The notes beneath the pieces were generated by a model. It had not been told where the DNA came from. It worked only from the letters and a program-made list of their open reading frames with translations, and searched no databases. Made by a program: the position numbers and the translations under genes. Shown one piece after another: positions 1-12,738 of a stretch of DNA of 64,000 nucleotides (the stretch's first letter is position 1; each line of letters begins with the position of its first letter). Origin of the DNA: Octopus sinensis (Eukaryota); the NCBI RefSeq assembly GCF_006345805.1, contig NC_043011.1, forward strand, positions 65,236,464 through 65,300,463. The letters run 5' to 3'.

Positions 1-674
1 ACAAGAATTTAGAACAATTCCAACCCTCTATTGCCATGACAACATCAGGTCACATTTAGATCATGTGACCTTTAAGAAATTCAATGAAAATATTTCACAC
101 CCACCTCACTTTTTTTTTCATTTCTTTTATCCGTTATTCCCCTTTCCTACTCGCCATCATGTTTCATCATCAATCTTCGTTTCCTATCATACTTATTCTC
201 CTTCTTTTTCTCTTCTCTCTCTATTTCTTCCTTTTACTTGTTCTTCATGTTGTTCTTCTTGTCGGCTTCTTTCTCTCGTCCACTTTCTTTTACCTCTTCT
301 TCATCTTCCTCTCCATTCTCTCCTCCCTCGGCTGCTCCTGCTTAAACCATCAATTCCCTATACTCATAAAGGTATTCCATTAATACACAATTTTCGTACC
401 AACTTACCGAAGTTATTCTTGTTGCTTATTTTGATTATAATCACCCCATGGATTTATATGGATAACACCATACAAAATGCTGGTGCATCTAACTTAAGTA
501 CCATATTCATTTGAAAACTAAATTTTGCTGAACTATATATTTATATATATATATATGTGTGTGTGTGTGTCTGTGTCTGTGTATGTGTGTATATGTATGT
601 GCATATACACACATGCATGTACATATTTAGATACATACATATATACACAGATATCTATAGGTACACACACACAC

Positions 675-713
<39 letters not shown>

Positions 714-761
714 GTTTAAATATGTGTTGGCTAAACTGGCGAAATGACCATTCCGAAATAT

Positions 762-803
<42 letters not shown>

Positions 804-921
804 TGAATTATTGGTTAATTGATAAGGGGATAATTGATATGTCTCTAGATTTGTATTTTTGCGGATGTATTATGAAAGTTATTTTCATACCAACAAGTAA
901 GGGAATAACTGTGAAACTTAC

Positions 922-958
922 CAATTAAGAGAACGAAAATAAACGCAGAAATTTTCAT
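922..958 (-). CDS. Secreted Cys-rich family, copy A, coding exon 1 (signal peptide MKISAFIFVLLI); remaining exons probably left of the window
   Basis: Minus strand ATG AAA ATT TCT GCG TTT ATT TTC GTT CTC TTA ATT G|GTAAGT: 37 nt, consensus phase-1 donor. Near-identical to 14728-14764 and 41292-41328. Confidence 0.8.
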
Positions 959-1017
959 TGTTATTCTGTCTCTTCACAACCGGTTATTTTTGATAACGCT
1001 GTCATCATGTCTCTTTA

Positions 1018-1105
1018 TTTTATATGAAATATAATGCAACATATGTCGTGCTCCGGATATTTATTACTGTTTTCCTGAAGCTGAATTATTGTTTCTGCAC
1101 GTCAG
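1018..1105 (-). promoter_or_regulatory. Putative core promoter of copy A: TATAAAA box plus upstream TGACGTG motif
   Basis: TATAAAA on the minus strand at 1018-1024, ~60 nt upstream of the ATG. GCTGACGTGC at ~1097-1106 recurs upstream of copy C (~41457-41466). Confidence 0.5.
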
Positions 1106-2959
1106 CAGTTTAGAATGTATAAAGATAAAAAGAAACGGCTTTATTGAGATTCTTTTCTAAAATATGTGTCATTAAATAATATGTTAATGCCCAACTTTAA
1201 ATAAATCCCCCCCAGTGCAATCGCAGACACGGGACACACTCACACCGTATATTCTTTCCTCTCCATTCCATTCTATTAGATGATCTTTTTTTTCAATTTT
1301 GTGAATTTGCACCAATTATGTAAACGGTACTGTTTCTTGTGTACATACATATATGTATTACAATCTGAAATTGTTTTGCAGTTGTATCATAATAAGCTTG
1401 CCTTTAGTAATGTTTATATTGAGATAGTAATATCCACGAAATTGACAATAAACAACAATCTCAGCATTCAACATATGACACTATGTCAATGCAACCCACT
1501 GCTCTCTACTTTTAGCATAATTTCAGGTCAAGCTATGCAGATTATATTAAACTTATGTTCAAAATATTTACAGGGTCTCCCGCAATCGATACTACCTATG
1601 TTTCTGGCTTTAATAACTGTGAATAAATAAAATAGGTTATAAAAACTATTTACCATGTGTGTTGCTTTTGCTTCCAACTGATATAGACAGATTTACAAGT
1701 TAGAGGCTTATCTATAACAAAAATACAATAATAAGCACCATAAGTAGGCTAAAGTAACACAGCTATGGCAAAGAAGCTTAACATTAATGTAGCAACACTT
1801 GGAAAATTGTCAATGAATTTCAAAGGAATGGCTCCAGGTTGCATCGACCCGAAGATAGGCAAAAGCAATTGTGGGCAAAACTTAGTTTATCGAAAGTACC
1901 AGTATAAAGGTGCTGCGCGATCTTCGTGATTTCATAAACAAACTAACTGCCAAGACACAAATGACATATAAGACCCAGTCCTATAATATAAACTGTCATC
2001 ATAGCACGTTCAGTTTTATAAAGGCATTAAACTGCAGAGGAGCCGTCTAATCATGCAACAGATAGCTCAAACCACGCTGCCCAAACCGGTGTCGACTGAC
2101 GAAAATGATTGGACATAGAACAGATAGTAAACAACCCGAATGAAAGACCTTTGTGTGCATCCGGCTCCGGTGGAGTTACTTCATTAATCGACGTCAAAAT
2201 CCATTGTGAGTTGTGTTTCGGGCTGCCTGCTGTGAGAGCCACAGAATGCTCTCCCTTTCATTTCTGTGTTCCCCAGCTTTGCAATAAACACCCAATGAAA
2301 TATCTGCGATATTCCGGAAGCAGAAAAGCTTCTATGGGTGCGTGAATAATTTCAAGATGCATCTTGGGTCCTCCAACACGACTCAGCACCACTCCACAGC
2401 ACTATACGAACAAGACACTAGATTTAGAAAAAACTTCCCGACTTTCATTGTTAATAAGCCCCAATCTCAACGTATTGGATTTTTTGTTGGGGGGGGGGAG
2501 GTGCATTTTCGATGTTGGGGTCCAGAGCACTCCTCAGCTTCGTCCGACGCTCTGAATCTTCCCATACAACAACTACTTACGGTATGTGAGATATTCGCAC
2601 CCTGACTTAACGCTGTGGTTAGAAACTAAATGTTGGAGAGATTAGAAAATAAATATGGTAGTGTCATAATTGTGTTTCATTGGCGTATGCATTGCAAGGC
2701 ACAGACACGAAATATAACAATATTTCGTTAAACAAAAATTCAAATTAATTGTTCGAATTAAATTTTAGAACACCCGGCATATATGTTCTGTGGGAAAATG
2801 TTGGAGCTAGTATCGTGAGTAATGCAGTAACATATATATATGTGCTGTTATGTCAGACATGACCTGCAGCGATTTGGGCCAAAAGCCTATATATCCAGTT
2901 TCACTGAAGAACTCCTGTTTGAAATCTTGAATTTTCTTCAGGAACCGTGTGGAGAATCT

Positions 2960-3010
<51 letters not shown>

Positions 3011-3047
3011 ATATACTTGAAGCATGAGGTACAATAAAACCACCTAC

Positions 3048-3071
3048 CTCAAATACGTCAGCAGAGTGTTC
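3048..3071 (-). CDS. Copy B exon 5, 24-nt micro-exon (EHSADVFE)
   Basis: ttttattttcag|GAACACTCTGCTGACGTATTTGAG|gtaggt; same length and similar flanks as 34064-34087. Confidence 0.75.
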
Positions 3072-3374
3072 CTGAAAATAAAAAACATTTTCAAATGTGA
3101 ATGTAACACATTTATAGGCTTTGTATGTACACATATGCATGGTAATGAGCAGGCCATTAATTCTGTCATGCAAGGTATGTTATGAAGATATAATTAATAT
3201 ATTTTAGTGAGTTAATTATTCCAGTGAAAGCATTAGCTGTAATCATATCGAAGCTATCTCATCTCAGGTTTCGATCAATGGAGTTATAAAATGTATATAA
3301 TTTCTGGTATAAATTTTATGTTACATTTGTTCAAATAAAAGGCACTCGACACAGAGAAATGGAAGGTAACTTCC

Positions 3375-3487
3375 GAAACATCTCTTAAACTGGGCGTACA
3401 ATTTGTGACACTCACTATGCATAATTTTAGGAAAACAAGCGGTGAAACTTCTGGCAAAACTGCAGATTGAAGTTAACACGGAAGTTA
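3375..3487 (-). CDS. Copy B exon 4 (TSVLTSICSFARSFTACFPKIMHSECHKLYAQFKRCF)
   Basis: Homologous to 34404-34533 with three aligned Cys; length fits phase 1 to phase 0; donor mutated to GG. Confidence 0.7.
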
Positions 3488-3675
3488 CTAATCTGCTATT
3501 GAAGCAAACACACACACACACACACAAACATACACACACACACAATTATATATGTATTTATAAATATTTATTTGTATAGGTATATATATATATATTTACT
3601 GATATATATATGCATAAATATAAATATATATATATATATACAAATAAATATTTATAAATATATATATATATATGC

Positions 3676-3708
<33 letters not shown>

Positions 3709-3735
3709 ATATATATATATTTATAAATATTTATT

Positions 3736-3778
<43 letters not shown>

Positions 3779-4084
3779 ACATGGAAATGATGCAGGATTA
3801 TACCTAACGACTCATTCTCTGGTTTCTATAATTTCGGAACATTGTATCCTCTTCCTTTCCATCTCTTTATTCTTTTGCTCCGCCATCTTTTTAATATATA
3901 CGATTCTCATTTTCCATATTTGTCTGTGATGACGGAACATACCATACTCTAGTATATCCGAAAAACTGATGTAAGCTTTTGAATTTCTTCCTATAATAAT
4001 ATTCTATATGGCTTGAGTTGTTTGCCTTGCCTTAATTTTTGCTGCATATACAGATTGATAGATAGATAAACAAACCGACAGTCA

Positions 4085-4318
<234 letters not shown>

Positions 4319-4963
4319 GATGTCTCTAAAAGGACTGTGATTATTGAGGTTAACGTCATTGCTGGAAATGTGAATCAAAACACTTGACCACATTAAGCAC
4401 TACCTTATTGACAGAAAAGGGAGCCAAATTCCCTAAGCACGGGGAATAACCAGAACGCAAGTGATGTCACGTGTACATTAATGCCTGCCAGAGGACCTCA
4501 CCGGGAACATGGGTTTAATTCAAGTCTCCTTGTCAGCTTATGAGATAACCCCAAAAATCTTATGTTGATTTCCTTAAAAGTCAATGTGAAAGTAATAAGA
4601 GATGCGTGTTATGAATTTTTTTAACAGAAGGGAAAATATATCCGTCACTAAACCGACTATTCATCACCATTATTGCCCAAAATAAAAGCAAAAAAAAACA
4701 ACATATGGCTACTTTAAGCACCCCCATATATATATATATATATATATATATATTCTTTTACTCACGTACTCTTATAGCTTTTGCAGTTACTTGACCGCGG
4801 ATATGCTGCAGCATCGCATTTGTAGAATGTCTTTCAAAGAAATGGAGCCCGTGACTGAATTTGCTAATCATAGTTCTCATTGTAATGGTCGTTTTTACTG
4901 CATCGCCGGGCTACGTGGAATTAAATGCATTAACATCTGATGTCAAGGAACGGCGGGAGACAA

Positions 4964-5065
<102 letters not shown>

Positions 5066-5344
5066 AATAATAAGAGAGAGTCCACCATGTGGTCAATCTA
5101 ACGCTAGAAATAGATCCGAAAATGAATCCGCCACTAAAAAAATGTTCTCAAGAATTAATTCAACACGCCAAGAATGTAAGCGAGCTGGACAAATAAAAAA
5201 TAACGAAAGAATAGATGAACTCCATACAATTGTGTCATCGTTAATAGATTATGTAGTTTTACTTACATGAGTATTTTCGAATCATCAGCAGTGAAGTATA
5301 TCAAAAATATAATTTGCTGAACCGTATATATATATATATATATA

Positions 5345-5500
5345 CATACGCTGGGATAATTTCTGTTTCCCTCAAGCAAAGTCTCTCGACAGCCCTAGGT
5401 TATAGCAGAATACATATGCCGAAGAAGTCACGTAGTGGGACTTAATCTAGAACCAAGTGTTTGGGAAGCAAGGTTATTGCCACACTGCCATGCATGCGCT
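5345..5500 (-). mobile_element. Degenerate tRNA-derived SINE
   Basis: Reverse complement resembles the SINE at 35340-35510 (GCTTCCCAA...GGTTC...AGTCCCACT head, GGAAAC..AA tail). Confidence 0.6.
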
Positions 5501-5531
5501 TGCAGAAATCTCATACGCCTATGTGTACATC

Positions 5532-5654
<123 letters not shown>

Positions 5655-5672
5655 TTTTATACATATACACAA

Positions 5673-5729
<57 letters not shown>

Positions 5730-6337
5730 TCCACACACACACACACCCCCTACCTGCATTCTCTACCTGGACTTCCTTCTACTCACCTACACCCGGACTC
5801 CTACACTTCGGCTGCACCTTTCCTAACCATGGATTACACTGGACTCTTCCTTTGATGTGAAATCGCTCTATCACACAAAGACCTTTGAACCTTTTGAAAT
5901 TTTATTAACTCTTTTGTACTCTCTGCATTCCTATTGTTTCGTCCATGATAGATCGATAGCCACTACACGTTTTCCAATTTTCTCTCCCTGTTTACTTCTC
6001 TGTTCCTTTCTGTGGAAGAGCTTAGGCTCGAAAACATGAAAGACTTTCTCACTTCACGAGCGTTATACTAATAGATCGGTTTGTTGTTAACACACCCGTC
6101 TCTCTCTCTATCTCCCTTTCTCTCTCTGTCTCTCTGTATATGTATACATATATATATATATAATAAATATTAGGGAATAAATCCAAATTTACAGGGAAAA
6201 AATCAGATTTAGGATTAAATCCAATTTTATAGTAAAATATTATAAAATATTATTAGAGACAAAACCACTATTTTGCAAAACAAACAAGGAAAGACTTAAT
6301 CAATACATAAAATTTTAATAAATAGTCAAAAAAACCG

Positions 6338-6380
6338 CCACTACAATTGTTTCTTGTCTTGATCGACAATCTTCAGGTGG
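6338..6380 (-). ncRNA. Minimal type I hammerhead ribozyme (Penelope-LTR type)
   Basis: Minus strand: ccac CTGAAGA ttgtc-gatcaa-gacaa GAAA caattg TA gtgg. Stem I 4 bp, stem II 5 bp, palindromic stem III, GUA cleavage triplet. Confidence 0.75.
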
Positions 6381-6464
6381 ACTTCCAATAAGTCAGTTTC
6401 AAATTATATATATACGTACACATCCAAATGCATATATGTATATATATTTATAATACGGAAGATA

Positions 6465-7000
6465 TATGAAATGTCAAATTTCAGTCCATTAAATGCTACA
6501 CAAAAATATATATGTAAAATGAATATTTCGATATTAGAGGCAAATATAAGCATCGAAACAAAACATATTCAGCGATATTTAAATTATATAGATTTGTACA
6601 TATACAGTATTGGTTCGTGGCTCTGATCAAACGTACCAAATGTGATCCAAACAAAATATTAATATCCCTGATAAAGGAAATAACGATACTGGAAAGGATG
6701 GTATCTACTCTTAGCACTGTATCCCTGAAACGGCCGTAGGATGTATACATCAATTTTCACATTTGGATTTTAATTCGGAGTTCTCCATTCCAACGCTCCG
6801 TATACTTATGTGAATTTAATATTACCGCCTATGATACGACAAACTGGACCTGTACGTACAAATGTATATGATTTAAATAACGCTGAATATGTATTTTTTC
6901 AATGCGTATATTTGCCACTCATGTCAAAATATTTATTTTTACATAAATTTTCCACCAGAATTATTTCAAAGGTCAAACTGAGAAAGTGGCATTTATCAAT
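6465..7000. mobile_element. MITE/foldback-like element with >100 bp imperfect inverted arms
   Basis: 6500-6607 is the reverse complement of ~6850-6950; opposite-strand ORFs 6496..6753 and 6810..7004 translate to similar text for this reason. Confidence 0.75.
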
Positions 7001-7180
7001 TTAGACAATAGGCGCCAGTTTACTTGAAACTTCACTGAAATAGTCAGGCCTTAAATGATATCGGAAAAAGGAATGTAACCACTAGTGTAGATAGCGTGTG
7101 CCTTCCCGGGACCCCACAAAAACTCACATTGCCAACAGCAGACCCAAACGTGCCGCCCCCGTTCACCAAAGAATCCCATA

Positions 7181-7416
7181 TTTATTTCTTTACTGCCCAC
7201 AAGGGGCTAAACATAGAGGGGACAAACAAGGACAGACAAACGGATTAAGTCGATTAACATCGACCCCAGTGCGTAACTGGTACTTCATTTATCGACCCCG
7301 AAAGGATGAAAGGCAAAGTCGACCTCGGCAAAATTTGAACTCAGAACGTAACGGCAGACGAAATACGGCTATGCATTTCGCCCGGCGTGCTAACATTTCT
7401 GCCAGCTCACCGCCTT
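7181..7416 (-). mobile_element. Full-length tRNA-derived SINE with probable target-site duplication
   Basis: Minus strand GGCGGTGAGCTGGCAGAAA...GAGTTCAAAT (A/B boxes), core GCCTTTCATCCTTTCGGGGTCGATAAA, tail GTAAAGAAATA. Flanks agaatcccatatt / agaaacccatatt. Confidence 0.9.
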
Positions 7417-8820
7417 TAGAAACCCATATTGCGTACAGCAGACACAGCGTGCCGGCCCCGGACCCCACAAATACACATATTTCCTACAGCACATCCGAAT
7501 GTCGCACCCCTACGCTTCCTAACTACTCTAGTGAATGTAACGTTCTTGAGAACTGCTGATTGAATAACATCACCACACTTCCTCTACTTCCACCACATTT
7601 CTTCTTCGTCTCCGGTCTTTGCATTTCTCTCTTCCCAAACAGATACACGCAGGAATGCCCACATAATCAGCCCTTGCAATGGACAAAGGGCTTTAAACAA
7701 TCTTGTGTTTGACATCCTTTACTGTTATAGGGGTAATAATTACTATTCTATTTATGACACAGTTATTTTCAAAACCTCGCCGGACATAGAAAACGAGGTT
7801 ATGGTATGTTATTTAGCCATAGTTGGATCGTCACAAGCAAGATTAACATCTGAAGCAATTGATGACGGATGCCATACCACTCTTCTTAGAGGAGTAAATT
7901 GTATTTACGGCCAATCATTTTAGTCACCTGTAGTTAACTATGTCAGCAGAAATTACTACACACCGAAAAAATCTCCACTTATTTTATAAAATTTTAAATA
8001 AAAATAAAAAATAAGTGGAAAATTTACCGATGAGTGTTAAATTCAAAGCACGAAAATAAAATGACTCTCCCCAGACACAACAGAATATGTTTCTACACGC
8101 GAATTCACATAACGAATCTTGCAAACGAAATCCAAAAGAGCAAATAGAAATTACTACTTTTCCGTCGCTTTAAGAAATGAATGCATGGTCGGAGACTATA
8201 GAAGACGTTGTGTGCCCAAGAGGCTACGCAGAAACTGGAACTATATAAAAATTCGCTTACAATAAATATTTAAAATATGTAAATAATACACCGATTCCAT
8301 TAACCGGACATAGTCTAGTAGTGATTTTCGGTGAACCAGTTTCTTTTTTTTTTTTAGCGGTTATATATATGTGTGTATGTGTGTGCAATATTGGCTGAGA
8401 CGTTGGAGATGACCTAACAACTGGCACATCGTGTAGAATGATATTTTTGAATATGGTTTCATTCATATTAACTTGAATCCGGATCAAAGGCCCGATGCCT
8501 GCTGTAGAAGTTATTATCGCCTCATTAAATCCCAACCTCCAAATTTCACAAAATGTTTTGCACATATAGGGAGAAATCATCCACATTTCAGAAGTCTCCC
8601 GTACTGTCTATTAACGCAGCCAAACGAATTGAACTTGCATTTCTCACTGAAGAACATACATACATTTGTCGCCCATTCAAATTATCCACCTCGTTTTGCT
8701 TTTCCTTCCTTCATACTGATGAGGATCTTAATGTCAGGTGAACATAATACAATCAGACTTCATCCAAATGACTAAGCACAGTCTTCCGAGACACAATGAT
8801 TCCCCAGAATCACGACTTAC

Positions 8821-8960
8821 TCGCCAGGAACGTCCTGCCGCAGTTCGGAAATAGTCTGAATCTCACCGTCTTGCAAGCGGTTATTTTTCATTGGTCTCCC
8901 AAGTTTTCCAAGTTTTTCAAATGACACAAACGAGCTTGTTCTTCATAAATATTCAGTATT
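8821..8960 (-). CDS. Copy B exon 3 (140 nt, one in-frame TGA)
   Basis: atttcaag|A ATA CTG...GCG A|gtaagt; homologous to 36765-36914. Confidence 0.75.
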
Positions 8961-9402
8961 CTTGAAATAATACTGTGATCTGTTAATGTCTGTAATGATA
9001 GCAGGAATCGACGATCCTTCTATTTGCGATGTTACCACTCGCTTCCTGAGGCTTACATGTATGTTATGCTGGATTCCCTGATTCTCAATTCATTACTGTA
9101 ATAAAATACTCTCAACTAAGTATGGAGCTGCCAGAGTTCTTCCAGATAACACATTTTCAATACTACAATATACGTACTGTATACGTACTATACGAACAGC
9201 AAATATATTTAAATTTTATTTTCGTTCTCTAATTTTCAACACTATTGTATGAATACATTTATAATTTTTTCCCTGTAAAAATATCAAATTCAAATAAAAC
9301 AATTTTAAGAAAGACGGTAACGTAGAACTATCACTGCTGGAAACTACATTTTCAAAATTTGATTTAGTCTATTCATCCAAGTGGTTATTTTCTCATACGT
9401 AC

Positions 9403-9502
9403 CGGCATACGGGTTCCATGTTCTCATATATTACATAAGCTAAACGACAAATAGCTCTCCCTAACTTATCACAATGCATTTTTAAGTCGGAAGTTGATAC
9501 AG
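9403..9502 (-). CDS. Copy B exon 2 (100 nt; AVSTSDLKMHCDKLGRAICRLAYVIYENMEPVCR)
   Basis: ttttcaaatcctag|CT...TGCCG|gtacgt; open frame, same length and Cys spacing as 37504-37603. Confidence 0.85.
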
Positions 9503-9667
9503 CTAGGATTTGAAAAAAATACGTTTTTAAATCAGTCAGTTATGGCGATTTATATATTAAATAACCGGCATAATTGAATAGGTAGCAGAAACGTGGCCAG
9601 GCGCTGTCTTCCGTTTACATTTACATATGTGTGCCTGTGTGCGTGTGTGTGTGTACGTGTCTGTGAG

Positions 9668-9733
<66 letters not shown>

Positions 9734-10009
9734 TATATATTATAAAACAGTAAGGTGACAAAAGAAAGAAATAGACCTCGATAATATGTAAATAGCGGAA
9801 ATATACAGATTATTCAAACTACAAACAAGTTATGATATTCTTTGAGAAATAATGATAAAGGGACTGTAATCCAACCAAACCCATTTATAAAACTACGAAG
9901 AGAGGGTAGCTATATTAGTATCAATGGATTTCGCTTCTAGTGCCAAATTTACATTCAAAGTACATCGGGTAGGCTTACTACGTACACCACACACACACAC
10001 ACACACACA

Positions 10010-10079
<70 letters not shown>

Positions 10080-10563
10080 CATATATAGTTTATAAATATA
10101 TGCATATGTACATACATATATATATACCTACCTACATATATATCCGTATATACATGCATTTATGAGTAGAAGACATAAAAAAGGAGACAGGATGAGAAAC
10201 GAAAGCATAAAAACAAAAACAGAAAAATCTTTTATCGAACTAAAAAAAAAACAAACACAGAAACGAGACCTGCAAATTAAATAGCGTTCCCTTCATCAGT
10301 TGTCCCATGTTTTCTCTACTCCACGTTGTCGCATGTCTCATTTCTCTGTAGTTTTTTCGTTGTCCGAAAAAAATTCGTTTTCTATGTATTTGTTTTTATA
10401 TTCCCATGTCTAATTATATCTACGTTTTGTTTTTGATGTCCTACAATCATATAAACATGTATACATACATATATATGTACATATATCTTTGTATATGTGC
10501 ATATATTTATATATTACTTATATTATTTTATGATCGAACGCCACGCAATCTTTTCCAAATAAG

Positions 10564-10607
<44 letters not shown>

Positions 10608-11100
10608 GGTTTAACTCCAAACTTACAGGGGAAAATCAATTTAGCATTACTTTATTTATTTTGGGCTATATGTCTACATATTTATTGATAGAGAAATTTT
10701 AGATGTTTAATTACTATATTTGATGATTATAATTTAGTTACTTATTTTTATGCATATATTATTTTATAATTATTAGATGTGAACTTTAAAAAATATTGAT
10801 ATTGATTATTCTGTTAAATAATTTGGTGATTGAATATTGGTGTATAACTGAGTTAAAGATATTCGAGAAATTGTATTTTTAAAGCAAAATTATATCTTCA
10901 AAGATATATACATATTTCCATCAATATTTTTACATTCAAAATTATATATTTAAGATAATAAATGTATTGTAGGAAATAATCATAATGTTTTAAGTTTCTA
11001 ATTTAGTTAATGGTGTTTTTTCTATAAGAAAACTTTATTTTATTCATTTCTTAAATAAATATTGTTTAACTCTCTTTGCTTATTTATTTAACTATTATCA

Positions 11101-11205
11101 TTACACTGAAGATTGGCTATAATTTTAAATCGAATTTCTTTCAATTGTAATTAAACTTAGTTGAAATTCGAATTTAATTGTAGCCATGAAACGTACGTAA
11201 TGGTT
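11101..11205 (+). ncRNA. Hammerhead-like motif with long stem II and decayed stem I
   Basis: CTGAAGA (11106-11112), hairpin tggctataatt..cgaatttc / gaaattcg..aattgtagcca, GAAA CGTACG TA; stem I pairing poor. Confidence 0.55.
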
Positions 11206-11772
11206 TCACTTATTATATTAGATATTGATAATTCATTTTCTACTTTTTGATATCTAGTTATAAGTTATAGGTTTCATAAATATATATATTATTTTTTATA
11301 TATGTATTGGTTTATATCTATCACTGTTTGAGTTGCATAATAGTGATTTTATCTCTAATTTATGCTACACATATATATATATATAAACCCCCCAAATACG
11401 TTTATTGCTTATCTATCTATACACACACTCTAACATACTCACATGTAAATCCTTGTCAACGTATGCATGGATGCATGTACGGATTCTGCTGGAAGTATCT
11501 AGGTTATGAACGTGATAACTCAATTAATTTAATTGTAGATAAGACATTGTCTATCTCGCTGACATTCTTGTATGTTTCCGAATGAACTACAATACGGGAT
11601 ATGCTGATCAAACATAAATACAGAGGCTAAGAGAAACATATCGCCGTGTTGGTTTTTGAAGCAAAGAATTAAGTATTCTCATCGGGTATAATACTTGCTG
11701 CATGTAACGTTGTCATGCGGAAATCTTTGTGGATACATTTAGATTTACAAGTACAGCTCCGTGATATATGTA

Positions 11773-11824
<52 letters not shown>

Positions 11825-12024
11825 GGGAATGTTTACGAAAAAATAAAAAGACGAAGACAGGTGGTGTACAAAACAAACAAATGTATTAGTATAACGCTCA
11901 GAAATAGTAAAAAGTCTTTTACGCTTCGAGCCTGCGCTCTTCTAAAGAAAGGGACACAGAAAAAACAAGAAAAGAAAAAGGGACAGAAAAAATGTGTGTA
12001 GTGGCCAGCGATCTATCATGGTGA

Positions 12025-12058
<34 letters not shown>

Positions 12059-12693
12059 GCTTATATATATATATATTGTTATGTGTGTGCGTGTTTCTTT
12101 GCGAGTGTGTATATATATAATTTTATATAACTTATGTATATGTATATTTATAGCACGGCATGGAATATCATAATCGAACAATTCATGCGTTTAGTTGTTA
12201 GGTAATGATGCCTGAATTTATGAAAATGGAAATGAATTTCTCTGCCCTCAGTTAAGTAAAGTCCTTTATTTATACTTTTTCACTCAAATTAGTGCTGTAA
12301 CGGATACTGAATATATAAATGCATATAATGCACATAACATGATAAGGATAAACTGTATAAAAGCGCATGTCTGAATTATTAATGTGTACATCAATTTTTA
12401 TATCATAATTGATACGAACTAATCACTTGATACTTCAAGTACATTTGAAGGCGAAATTCCCATAGATCAGCTGGAGAGCACTAATGCATTCTCTATCAGA
12501 GTCCTAGTATCTCAACTTGATATAATAATGCGTTAGTCTGACTTTCCAAACCATATTGGAATCCGAATGTACACGGAAAATCCAACGCTAAATTTCATAT
12601 AGCAGGTATGTATAGAATTCTGCATACACTAATAGATCTTTTCCTAGTATCCCATGCTATTGATACATACAGACACACAGAAACGGATACATA

Positions 12694-12738
<45 letters not shown>

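Noticed and set aside
408-510. Possible exon 2 of copy A (103 nt ending CG|gtaagt)
   Set aside because: Acceptor reads CAA not CAG, two in-frame stops, cysteines do not align with exon 2 of B and C.
65-514. Hydrophobic 149-aa and 99-aa ORFs
   Set aside because: Result of a CT-rich low-complexity tract.
2898-2930. CTGAAGA...GAAA hammerhead-like string
   Set aside because: Stems II and III cannot be formed convincingly.
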